The notes under the pieces are model-generated. The model was not told the origin of the DNA. It ran no database searches and saw nothing but the letters and a program-made list of their open reading frames with translations. From the NCBI GenBank assembly GCA_963718665.1, contig OY970359.1:1504001-1568000 (forward strand): a stretch of DNA of 64,000 nucleotides, given 5' to 3'. Below, piece by piece: positions 50,462-60,180 of the stretch (positions are counted from its first letter, which is position 1; each line of letters starts with the position of its first letter). Source of the stretch: an uncultured Phycisphaerales bacterium (GTDB lineage Bacteria; Planctomycetota; Phycisphaerae; Sedimentisphaerales; Anaerobacaceae). The position numbers and the translations under genes were made by a program.

Positions 50462-53400
50462 ATGGCGGTTAGGTTTATACTTGGCAGGAGCGGCACGGGC
50501 AAGACACACCATTGCGTAAAGGCAATAGTGGAGGCATTGTCGCAGCCCGCCCCGAGCGGGGCCGAGGGGGCAGATAATCAGCATTTAGTGCTTCTTGTTC
50601 CGGAACAGGCGACCTATCAGGCAAGCGAGGCAATCCTGAGCGACCTGCGGGTAACCGGGTATAATCGGCTGCACATCCTGTCTTTCGACCGGCTTTTTTT
50701 TCTCGTCCTCGGCAAAAATATCGCCAGGCCCGCGATTTCACGCTTAGGCAGGTCGATGGTAATCCAAAGGATACTCCGCGAATGTGCGGGCAAACTGAAC
50801 GTATTCGCCGATTCCGCAAAACTCCCCGGCCTGGGGCAGCGTTTGGCCGACACGATTAACCAGTTGCAGCAATACGCGAATACGCCTGATGATATTAAAA
50901 ATCTCGTGAGCAATCTGCGAAAACAGCAGGGCGACGCCCTGACAGCGGCAAAATTTGCCGATTTGGCAATCGTTTTCGAGGAATACCAGAAGTTTATCGA
51001 AGGTAAATTTCTTGACCCTGATATACAGTTGGCCTCGGCCTGTAAGGCCGTCGCGGGTGCGGATTTGGTGCGGGGGGCAAAGTTGTGGGTCGATGGTTTC
51101 GCGGGCTTCACCACAGCCGAGCTTGCCTTGCTTACCGAATTGCTCAAAGTAGTCGAAGATGCCCAGATTGCCCTTTGCCTCGACCCCACTACTACCGACA
51201 TAGCCAACCCGGACAAAAACAAAATCGACCCGACGGATTTATTCGGTCATACTGCCGAGACGTATGCCGAGCTTGTCGAGCGGATAAAAAAGTGCAAACT
51301 AAAACTTTCTCCGCCGTTAATTTTGAATAAGCCGATTCGCTTTTCGAATAGTCCCCCGCTTGTGCATATTGAGCAAAGTATTTTTAATCAGGATTCCGCG
51401 GCGATATCCGCTGGCGGCAAAATTCGCGTCGTATCAGCGCCAAACACCCGCGCCGAGGTGCAGTTTGTCGCCCGGCAGATAACAAACTTAGTCAGGCATG
51501 CCGGCCTCAGGTATCGCGATATTGCCGTCATTGCGTCCGACCTCGATTCTTACGAAAACTACATCAAGACCTGTTTCGAAGATTATGCCATCCCCGTCTT
51601 TATAGATAAACGAAGGCCTCTCAATCAGCATCCCGTAATAGAACTGATTTGCTCGGCGATGAACGCGGCAACAAACGATTTTCCCGCGGGCGAGATATTC
51701 GCGTATCTCAAGACCGACCTGCCTGCTGTCAAACGAGACGAAATTAACCTGCTGGAAAATTATTGTCTCGCCTTTGGCATCACGGCCAATGACTGGGAAA
51801 ATGACAAGCCCTGGCAATACGCCGCCCGGAATGCCGAACAATTCGACGAAGAGCGCGTAAACCGAGTCCGCAAAAAAGTAATTGCTCCGCTGTGTGAATT
51901 AAAAAGAAAACTTGATGACGCCGCCGGCGATAAAGTGACAATTGGGCCGGAGCAGTTCACAAAGATAATTTTCGACTTTCTTGAAGCGGTAGAAGTTCGT
52001 AAGCAGTTGTCATCCTGGGTTGAGCAGGCGATGCAGAAGGGCGACTACGCGGCCGCGGACGAGCATCGCCAGTTTTACGACCGGCTAATCGACATCTTCG
52101 ACGAAATGGTCGAGGCGTTTGAGGGCGTATCTCTTGGCTGTGAGGATTATCTTGCGATTCTTCGAAGCGCGTTTTCGCAGATAACACTGGCGTTTATTCC
52201 TCCTAATCTTGACCAGGTGCTCGTCGGCTCGATTGAGCGCAGCCGACATCCCGATTTGAAGGCGGTTTTCCTGATTGGCACAACCGAAAGGCAATTCCCA
52301 TCGCCTGTGGTCTTCGACAACATCTTAAGCGAAGAAGACCGCCTCGCCGCACAGTCCTGTGGCGTTGACCTTCCGCCGGGCGTCCGACAGGAGCTTGCCA
52401 ACAGGCCATACCTTGCTTATATCGCATTTACAAGGCCTTCGGAATTTCTCTGTGTTACTTATCCTGCTGCTGACCAGAAATCGAACGAGGTTGCCTGTTC
52501 GCCCTTTGTCGATAACCTGTGCAGGTTGTTTGACGACCTCAAAGAGGAATCGATTGAGTCCTCGCCGGTTGCCATTGAAGATGTTTGCACCACATACGAG
52601 CTTGAGGATATCCTTTGTTCTTCGCTGCAACCAAACGCGTTATTGGAGAAAATCGTCCGCGATGACCAGTTTGCGGCGATTGGTTCGAGAGCGGCCGATG
52701 CGCTCAGTTATAAAAATGAAGCGACGCTGGATAAAGCTGTTGTCGGGGAGTTTTTCGATAAGCAGTTATCCAGTTCGGCGTCTCGGCTGAGCACCTTCGC
52801 CGAATGTCCCTACAGGCATTTCTCAAGATATATTCTCGGCCTGAATAAACGCGAGGAGTTCAAACTTGAGCCGCCCGACCTTGGCGAGTTTTATCACCGC
52901 GTCCTCGACAGGTTTACCAAAAGGACTGTCGCCGACAAAATCGATTTCGAGACAATAGCCGACGATGCCCTGATTAAAATGCTCGATGATGAAACCGAGC
53001 GAATATGCAGCGAGGATTCATTTATATTGAAATTCGCCGCCCACAGCCCGCACAACGCTTTTATGATTAGCTCCGCACGGGAATATCTGCGGGATTGCGT
53101 GATAGCTGTGTCGCAGATGATTCGCGCGGGTGGTTTTCGTCCGGCGATGTCCGAGATTTCATTCGGCAAATCCAAATCCGCTGCCGTAAGGCATCCTGCG
53201 GAGGGTGATTTAATCGGTGAATTGACGTTAACGCTTCCTGATGGCAGACGACTCACCCTCAACGGTCGAATCGACCGGCTGGATATCGCGAAGATTGACG
53301 GGCGAAAAGTCGCCATTGTCTTCGATTATAAAAAACGCTCCAAAAATTCGTTTGACTGGACGGAATTTTACTACTGTCTAGATATTCAGCTCGCGGTTTA

Positions 53401-53914
53401 TATGCTCGCTGTCCGCAACGCCGGCGGGAAATTCGCGGACGATATAGCTGGCGCGTTTTATATGCCCATTGAGGTCGGCCCGGAAAATGTCGAGCTTGGC
53501 AAATCCATCGACAACACTCCCAAATTTGCCCGCAAAGCAAGAGGGATATTCAACGGCGATTACGCATCTTCACTCGACGGCGCAGCCGCAAAAGACAGCC
53601 ATTATTATAATTTCTACGTTACAAAAGAGGGCGACCCCTACGGAAAGTACAATTGGCTCGGTTCTCTTCGACCGGCGGATTTCGAGGCGTTTATGAATTT
53701 CGGCTCGCGGAAGATAACCGATATTGCCGGGCAAATCACATCGGGCAAAATCACCGCTTTGCCCTATCGCCTCGGCACAGATTCGCCCTGCAAACAATGT
53801 GAATATAAACCCGTCTGCCGATTCGACTGGCAGATAAATAATTACAACCTGCTTACCCGCGTCAATAAGGAGCAGGTCCTTGACTTGATTAAGAACGCAG
53901 ATGAGTCAAAGTAA
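50462..53914 (+). CDS. addB: ATP-dependent helicase/nuclease subunit B
   Basis: GRSGTGKT, VPEQ, VDGF, CPY.HF, GRIDRLD...FDYK, C..C.Y..VC. Confidence 0.95.
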   Translation: MAVRFILGRSGTGKTHHCVKAIVEALSQPAPSGAEGADNQHLVLLVPEQATYQASEAILSDLRVTGYNRLHILSFDRLFFLVLGKNIARPAISRLGRSMVIQRILRECAGKLNVFADSAKLPGLGQRLADTINQLQQYANTPDDIKNLVSNLRKQQGDALTAAKFADLAIVFEEYQKFIEGKFLDPDIQLASACKAVAGADLVRGAKLWVDGFAGFTTAELALLTELLKVVEDAQIALCLDPTTTDIANPDKNKIDPTDLFGHTAETYAELVERIKKCKLKLSPPLILNKPIRFSNSPPLVHIEQSIFNQDSAAISAGGKIRVVSAPNTRAEVQFVARQITNLVRHAGLRYRDIAVIASDLDSYENYIKTCFEDYAIPVFIDKRRPLNQHPVIELICSAMNAATNDFPAGEIFAYLKTDLPAVKRDEINLLENYCLAFGITANDWENDKPWQYAARNAEQFDEERVNRVRKKVIAPLCELKRKLDDAAGDKVTIGPEQFTKIIFDFLEAVEVRKQLSSWVEQAMQKGDYAAADEHRQFYDRLIDIFDEMVEAFEGVSLGCEDYLAILRSAFSQITLAFIPPNLDQVLVGSIERSRHPDLKAVFLIGTTERQFPSPVVFDNILSEEDRLAAQSCGVDLPPGVRQELANRPYLAYIAFTRPSEFLCVTYPAADQKSNEVACSPFVDNLCRLFDDLKEESIESSPVAIEDVCTTYELEDILCSSLQPNALLEKIVRDDQFAAIGSRAADALSYKNEATLDKAVVGEFFDKQLSSSASRLSTFAECPYRHFSRYILGLNKREEFKLEPPDLGEFYHRVLDRFTKRTVADKIDFETIADDALIKMLDDETERICSEDSFILKFAAHSPHNAFMISSAREYLRDCVIAVSQMIRAGGFRPAMSEISFGKSKSAAVRHPAEGDLIGELTLTLPDGRRLTLNGRIDRLDIAKIDGRKVAIVFDYKKRSKNSFDWTEFYYCLDIQLAVYMLAVRNAGGKFADDIAGAFYMPIEVGPENVELGKSIDNTPKFARKARGIFNGDYASSLDGAAAKDSHYYNFYVTKEGDPYGKYNWLGSLRPADFEAFMNFGSRKITDIAGQITSGKITALPYRLGTDSPCKQCEYKPVCRFDWQINNYNLLTRVNKEQVLDLIKNADESK

Positions 53915-56900
53915 AGTTAATCCGCCTCGGCGGATAAAATGGACGACACAGCAGAGCCGGGCAATCGAAGAGCACGGCAGAAACGTCTTTGTCTCCGCTT
54001 CAGCGGGGACAGGCAAGACCGCCGTGCTTTCGGGCAGCTGCGTAAACGTCGTAACCAACCCGTCCGCCTGCCCCGACGTCTGGAGCATTCTCGTCGTTAC
54101 TTTTACCGAAATGGCCGCCGAGGAAATGCGTTCCCGAATCGCAAAGCAGTTAAACTCCGCGATGGAAACGACCTCGGACACGGACCTTCGCAGGCATCTT
54201 CGCAGGCAGTTGATTCTGCTTGGCGCCGCGGATATAAGCACCATTCACTCATTCTGCAAACGCATTATTACCGAGCATTTTTACGAAATCGGGCTTGACC
54301 CGACCTTTGGCATAATCGACGCCGACGAGGCAAAACTGCTCAAGACCGAGATACTCGAAAAAACAATCGACTGGGCCTGGAAACAAAACAATATAGCCGA
54401 TGCGCTCAGGCAGCTTATGACTCGCCGGGATTTGCGAATGACGGAAGGTTTTCCCGCGACCGTAATCGAAATAAGCGACTTTTTAGACGGCATCGTATCA
54501 CGCGAAAACTGGCTTGAGCGGGCGAAAGTTTTAGCCGAGGCAGTTGACCCGTTCGCCACCGATATCGCCCAGGCCCAAAAGCAAATCGTAACGGATAAAC
54601 TTCAGGATGCCCTTGGCCGGCTCGAATTTGCGATGAAAGTTTATAATGACCGGAACCCGTCGGGCAAGTGGGCTGCGAAATGCAGAAACGAATATATAAA
54701 ATCTGTCCGGCAATGTATCGAGCAATTCAATGCCGGTCGGTGGGAATTTGTCAGGCCAAAAGTTTATAAACCCAACGATGTCCCGCAGGCGGACTTTATC
54801 GGCGGAATTGTCGGCGACGCGCTTGATTCCGTCAGGGAGCTTAAAAACCTCGCGATTTTAAATCCCGAATACCTTAACAAATTCGCCGGGGCAATCGGCA
54901 CACAGGCAAAAGTCCTCGTCGAATTGGTCATGCGTTTCGATGACTCGTACCGCCAGGCCAAAAAAGCAATCAATTGCCTGGATTTCGCTGACCTCGAACA
55001 TTACGCGCTGCGATTGTTGACGGCAGACAAATCCAAGCCGTCGCAAACCGCGTTGAAACTGCGTAAAAAATACAAATACGTTTTTGTTGATGAGTACCAG
55101 GATATCAACGACGTTCAGCAGGCAATTATCGATATGGTCGGTTCATTCGGCAATGTCTTCGCAGTCGGCGACCCTAAGCAAAGCATTTACCGATGGCGCG
55201 GGGCTAGGCCCGAAATATTCATCGAGCATCTTGGCCGAGCGTCGGTAAAGCCAGAATCGGGTAGCGCAGGCCTGCGGGTTGACCTCAACGTCAATTTCCG
55301 CTCCGTCAAACCAATACTTGATTTCGCCAATAAAGTATTCGGCCGGATAATGACCGCCTCGTTTGCCGGCATCGATTACGATGAGTCGGCACAACTTGAA
55401 CCCCATTCGCAGGATGCCGCCGGTGCCGAAATTTCTCCCGCGGTTGAATTGCACATACTCGACGAGGCACAGAACGATTCCGATGCGTCACCTTTCAGCG
55501 ACAGGCAATTGCAGGCGGCGATGATTGCCCGGCGAATAAAGCAGCTCGTTGGCGCCGATTCGAATGAGCAAATCATCGACAAAGAAACAAAAAAACCGCG
55601 ACCTGTCGAATACCGTGACATTGTTGTCCTGATGCGCTCGCTGGCGGGCAAAAGCGATTTTATCGAATCGCTGCGTCTCGCAGGCATTCCCGTAAGCTGC
55701 GACGCTGCCGCTGGCTATTTTGAGGCGACCGAAATCACGGATATGCTGTCCCTGCTGAAGGTTCTCGATAACCCGCGACGCGACATAGAGTTTGCCGCAA
55801 CGCTGCGTTGCCCGTTTTTCCGGTTCACCGATACGGAGCTTGCGAAGATTCGCCTGCACGGCAAAGATACTAATCGCAACCTTGGCTTTTATGATTGCGT
55901 AATATCGATTTGCGAATCAGCAGGTGAACGCGGACTTGCCGACAAACTTGCCAAATCACTCGCTACGCTCGACGAATGGCGAACTGTCGCTCATCGGGGC
56001 CGGCTCGCGGAACTGATTTGGCATATCTATCGCCGGACTGGTTATCTGTCATTCGTCTGCGCTTTGCCTGATGGCCCCGCTCGCAGGGCCAATCTGCTGA
56101 AACTTCACGACAGGGCTATCCAGTTCGAGGGGTTCGCGGGCAACTCGGGTGTCCCCTCGCTTACCCGTTTCATTGATTTTATCGAAAAGCTTATCGCCGC
56201 CGGCGAGGACTGGTCAAAGCCCCAGCCCGAAGCCGGAACAGGCAATACGGTTCGCGTTATGAGCATCCACAAAAGCAAAGGCCTCGAATTTCCCGTCGTA
56301 TTCGTCGCTGACCTCGACAGCCGGTTCAGCAAAAAGGACTTCAGCAAAGATTGCGTAACCGACGAACAATTGACCCTCGGGCTGAAAATTATCGATACCG
56401 AAAGCAACTCCCGCCTCGATTCGCTCGCCTACCAGGTAATCGAGGAGCGAAACCGCCGAAAGTCGCTGGCCGAGGAAATGCGAATCCTCTACGTCGCGAT
56501 GACAAGGGCGATGAATCGCCTCATCCTCGTCGGCTGCAAAGACCGGGATAGCAGCCAAAACATTCTTACCGCTGCCAATTCATTTGCAGGTCAATCAATC
56601 CCGTCCTGGCATCTCGAAATTTACCAAAACCACCTCGACTGGATTTTGTCATCGCTCGGCAGTGAGCCGCTCCTGCATCAGGTATTTCAAACCGAACTGC
56701 CAGCGCAAGCCACGCAGAATAATTTATTCAGCGTCCAGTTTTATGACCAGCCGGAGCTGGCGAAACTTTCCGCCATTATCCAGCCCTCAAAACATACAAC
56801 AATCGACAATCGGCAATCGGCAATCGGCAATTCGAAACCCCTTTCCCGGCTTAAAGAATTGCTTAATTGGCGATATCCATTCGGCAACGCGCCGTCGCTG

Positions 56901-57551
56901 CCCGCCAAAAGAACGGTAACGCAGTGGACACATCGCAATGATGAATTCACGAAAATTGATTATTCGCTTGCCTTCGACCGAAAACCGAAAGCTGTTTTCG
57001 CAACTAAGCAAATCGACGGCAGAGCTGTCGGGACAGCCACGCACTTGGTTATGTCAAAGCTTGATCTGACTAAATCCGTAACGACGCAGGCGGTGGTTCA
57101 ACTTATTGAAAAACTTGTAAAAGACGGCGCCATTATTCGGGAAATCGCGTCGCAAATAAATGCCGAATCGATTGCTAAATTCTTCAAAAGCAAACTCAGC
57201 CAAATAGTCCTCGATAAAAAGACTGTCGTCCGGCGTGAATGGCCCTTCACCTTTGCCGTCCCCGCTTCGCAATGGAACGAGGCGTTTCAGGAAACTCAAA
57301 ACTCAAAGCTCAAAACTCAGGACTTCATTATCGTTCAGGGCATAATCGATTTGCTTATCAAAACCCCTGAAGGACTCGTAATTATAGATTTCAAAACTGA
57401 TGATGTGTCCGCCGATGGTGCGGCAAAACGTGCCGAATTATACCGCCGACAATTAGACCTTTACGCCCAGGCCGCAAGCATAATACTTGGCCAGGAGATA
57501 AAAAGTAAATGGCTCTGTTTCCTAAGGCCCGGCTGCGAAGTCGAGGTCTGA
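53901..57551 (+). CDS. addA: ATP-dependent helicase/nuclease subunit A
   Basis: ASAGTGKT, VTFT, TIHSFC, VDEYQD, VGDPKQSIY, NFRS, SIHKSKGLEF, YVAMTRA, GIID...IDFKTD. Confidence 0.96.
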   Translation: MSQSKVNPPRRIKWTTQQSRAIEEHGRNVFVSASAGTGKTAVLSGSCVNVVTNPSACPDVWSILVVTFTEMAAEEMRSRIAKQLNSAMETTSDTDLRRHLRRQLILLGAADISTIHSFCKRIITEHFYEIGLDPTFGIIDADEAKLLKTEILEKTIDWAWKQNNIADALRQLMTRRDLRMTEGFPATVIEISDFLDGIVSRENWLERAKVLAEAVDPFATDIAQAQKQIVTDKLQDALGRLEFAMKVYNDRNPSGKWAAKCRNEYIKSVRQCIEQFNAGRWEFVRPKVYKPNDVPQADFIGGIVGDALDSVRELKNLAILNPEYLNKFAGAIGTQAKVLVELVMRFDDSYRQAKKAINCLDFADLEHYALRLLTADKSKPSQTALKLRKKYKYVFVDEYQDINDVQQAIIDMVGSFGNVFAVGDPKQSIYRWRGARPEIFIEHLGRASVKPESGSAGLRVDLNVNFRSVKPILDFANKVFGRIMTASFAGIDYDESAQLEPHSQDAAGAEISPAVELHILDEAQNDSDASPFSDRQLQAAMIARRIKQLVGADSNEQIIDKETKKPRPVEYRDIVVLMRSLAGKSDFIESLRLAGIPVSCDAAAGYFEATEITDMLSLLKVLDNPRRDIEFAATLRCPFFRFTDTELAKIRLHGKDTNRNLGFYDCVISICESAGERGLADKLAKSLATLDEWRTVAHRGRLAELIWHIYRRTGYLSFVCALPDGPARRANLLKLHDRAIQFEGFAGNSGVPSLTRFIDFIEKLIAAGEDWSKPQPEAGTGNTVRVMSIHKSKGLEFPVVFVADLDSRFSKKDFSKDCVTDEQLTLGLKIIDTESNSRLDSLAYQVIEERNRRKSLAEEMRILYVAMTRAMNRLILVGCKDRDSSQNILTAANSFAGQSIPSWHLEIYQNHLDWILSSLGSEPLLHQVFQTELPAQATQNNLFSVQFYDQPELAKLSAIIQPSKHTTIDNRQSAIGNSKPLSRLKELLNWRYPFGNAPSLPAKRTVTQWTHRNDEFTKIDYSLAFDRKPKAVFATKQIDGRAVGTATHLVMSKLDLTKSVTTQAVVQLIEKLVKDGAIIREIASQINAESIAKFFKSKLSQIVLDKKTVVRREWPFTFAVPASQWNEAFQETQNSKLKTQDFIIVQGIIDLLIKTPEGLVIIDFKTDDVSADGAAKRAELYRRQLDLYAQAASIILGQEIKSKWLCFLRPGCEVEV

Positions 57552-57587
57552 ATATGTAGAAAAATATTATTTAATAAGGAGGAAAAA

Positions 57588-58982
57588 ATGATTACCGCAC
57601 CCAAAACCAGGTATCTCATAGTGTCAGCGTTTTTATTTCAGATTGTATTTAGCTGCTCAGCTCTCGCTCATCTCGAAAAGGTCAAATTTTTCCCTTCCGA
57701 CGCCAATGCCGGCGACGGCTTTGGTGTTTCGGTTGCTATCGACGGCAATACCGCGGTGGTTGGGGCATATCAGAATGACTCCAACGGCGGCGACTGCGGC
57801 GCCGCTTATGTTTACGAATTTTCCGGCTCACAGTGGGTTCAAAAACAAAAGCTCATCCCTTCCGACGGTGCGGCCGGCGATAAATTCGGCAAGTCGGTCG
57901 CCATCCAGGATAACACTATTGTAGTGGGCAGTTATGACGACAACGAAGGTTCCGCTTATGTCTTCTCTAATTCGGGCGGTGTCTGGACTCAGCAGCAAAA
58001 AATTGTCGCGCCCGATGCCGCCACAGGCGACAAATTCGGCTGCTCCGTCGCAATCGATAATAACACCATCGTCATAGGCGCTTATGGCGACAACGGTTAT
58101 GCCGGCAGCGCCTCGGTTTTTGTCCTTGCCGGCTCAAGCTGGGTTTTCCAGCAGAAACTCACTGCTTTGAATGCCGAATCAATGGATATCTTCGGCTGTA
58201 GTGTCGCAATCGACAACAACATCATTATTATCGGTGCGCCAAATGATGACTATTCCGGTATCAGCGACGCTGGTTCCGCCTATATCTATCAGCGACAGGA
58301 CGCAACGTGGCTCGAACAAAATATTCTTCGGGCATCCGATAGCGGCCCATTTCATCACTTCGGATACTCCGTCGCCATAGACGGCAACTGGGCTGTCATC
58401 GGCGCGTATGAATGCAATATCGGGAGCATTAATACGGCAGGCGCAGCTTATGTTTTTTCCCAAACTGACGCCAACTGGGTTGAGCGTCAAAAACTGTTCG
58501 ATGCAAATGACCCCTGCAGCGGCGACGATTTTGGCTCCGCGGTCGCCATAAAAGATGACACAATACTTGTGGGCTGTCCTTATGATTTCGTTAATGGCAA
58601 TATGGCCGGTTCGGTATTCGAATTTGTCCGCACGGGCACAAACTGGGTTCAAAGTGACCGGCTCGCGGCAGGCGACGCCAATACAAACGACAGGTTCGGC
58701 TCCTCGCTCGCATTATCAGGTCGCCATACCATCATTGGTGTACCTAACAACCTCAACAATAACAAATCCACCGGCGCAGCTTATATCTTTAACGAAAACG
58801 ACGCTGTGGCCGGTGATTTCGACGGCGATTCCGATGTGGATTTCATCGACTTTACTATCCTCGCTGATGCCTGGCGGCAAAATAATCCTTTAGTGGATAT
58901 TGCTCCAACACCAGCCAGCGACGGTATCGTCGATATGAAAGATTTCGATGTCCTGTGCGATAACTGGCTTGTCGGCAAATAA
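57588..58982 (+). CDS. Secreted FG-GAP repeat beta-propeller protein with dockerin-like C-terminus
   Basis: Seven FG.SVAI repeats; GDFDGDSDVDFIDF...DGIVDMKDF...NWL. Confidence 0.92.
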   Translation: MITAPKTRYLIVSAFLFQIVFSCSALAHLEKVKFFPSDANAGDGFGVSVAIDGNTAVVGAYQNDSNGGDCGAAYVYEFSGSQWVQKQKLIPSDGAAGDKFGKSVAIQDNTIVVGSYDDNEGSAYVFSNSGGVWTQQQKIVAPDAATGDKFGCSVAIDNNTIVIGAYGDNGYAGSASVFVLAGSSWVFQQKLTALNAESMDIFGCSVAIDNNIIIIGAPNDDYSGISDAGSAYIYQRQDATWLEQNILRASDSGPFHHFGYSVAIDGNWAVIGAYECNIGSINTAGAAYVFSQTDANWVERQKLFDANDPCSGDDFGSAVAIKDDTILVGCPYDFVNGNMAGSVFEFVRTGTNWVQSDRLAAGDANTNDRFGSSLALSGRHTIIGVPNNLNNNKSTGAAYIFNENDAVAGDFDGDSDVDFIDFTILADAWRQNNPLVDIAPTPASDGIVDMKDFDVLCDNWLVGK

Positions 58983-59058
58983 CTCGCTGAGAAGTAATGG
59001 CAATATGAATTCCCTGCGTTTACCCCGTTAGATGGTGGCTTCACCTATCTCACGGGGG

Positions 59059-59650
59059 CTAATTTGGAAAGTTCAGCGTCGCGAATTCTCCGTGGTATTT
59101 TCTCGCCGCCGCGTCGTAAACTCTCGCCGCCTCGACCTCCGTCGCAAAGCACCCTAAGCTTATTCGTCGCCCTTCGGCGTTGATATAGCTGTCCCACGGC
59201 TTATATCTGCGCGAATTTTTATGAAAGCACACCCCTTTGAATCTCGACGAGCATCCTTTGCGTTTCCTGCAATTGACCGTATTTTGCCCTCTCGTCGCCG
59301 CCCTGAGATTTGTCCTTCTGTTGTCTAATCCGTTATGATTGAAATGGTCAATCAGCTTTCCCTTCGGATTTCCCATTATCGCGTTATGCATCCATACCAA
59401 TCTTTTCTTTGTCTTATCGCTCACCCGCGCATCGCACCGCGTACCACGTTCTTGAGCTGTATCTGGTGCTCCAGTGATAATTTTTCAGCCGCTCGTAATC
59501 ATCCGCGTCAACAATCGCGAACTTGTATCTCGTTAGCGGTATCAGCCGAATCTCGTGCCCGAATCGGCTGCGATAATAGACCAGATATACCGCGTGTAAT
59601 ATCCGTCCCAGCCAGTTTAATTCCTTTGCCTTGCTAATCTTTATACTCAA
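59059..59650 (-). pseudogene. HNH-AP2 endonuclease copy 2, frameshifted near 59425 (may be a sequencing error)
   Basis: 59414..59650 matches the N-terminus of copy 1; 59059..59424 carries IDHFNHNGLDNRRTNLR and the AP2 domain. Confidence 0.88.
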
Positions 59651-59829
59651 ATCTCAAATTATTATTTCCCGCCCTTGGCGTAATTTACTTCAACATTGGT
59701 TATTGGATATTCGATATTGGACATTCCTATCAGTCATCCGTCTTCTGTCTTTACTTCTCCTGCTCACCTGTTCCACTCTCTAACTTCTCGCGCAGCGGCG
59801 CAGCAGGGGACCCAGAATTAACTCAACAC

Positions 59830-59885
59830 TAACAACTATTAACTAACGACTAACGACTAACGACTAACGACTAACCACTAACGAC
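59830..59885. repeat. Heptamer tandem repeat (TAACGAC)n, 8 units including degenerate ones
   Basis: TAACAAC TATTAAC (TAACGAC)4 TAACCAC TAACGAC. Confidence 0.92.
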
Positions 59886-60180
59886 TATAGAGGAAGTCGA
59901 ACAATCGACGTCCTCTATAATATGGCGCAATCTTGCGCACTTTTGACGAAAACTAAGGGATTTCCTGATGGGGTCAAAATCGCTAACCCCTTATGCGGCA
60001 AGGAGTAAAAATTTTTTAAGATTTTTGAATCTAAGGGTTTTCGACCTGCGCGAAAATGGATAACAACTGTTTTTATCCAGAATTTAAAACCTTGGTGTAA
60101 AAAGAGTTATGGCAAAAAATAAGCGAAGTAATGTCCCCGCCATTTTTTGTAAGTGCTGACAGATAAAGATTTTAACGCTG
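59886..60180 (-). repeat. Conserved non-coding leader of HNH-AP2 element, copy 2
   Basis: Reverse complement aligns with 14540-14920. Confidence 0.9.

Noticed and set aside
59830..59885. Phase-variation tract controlling mod
   Set aside because: It is ~450 bp from mod, on the HNH side of the leader, and I see no simple-sequence tract inside mod.
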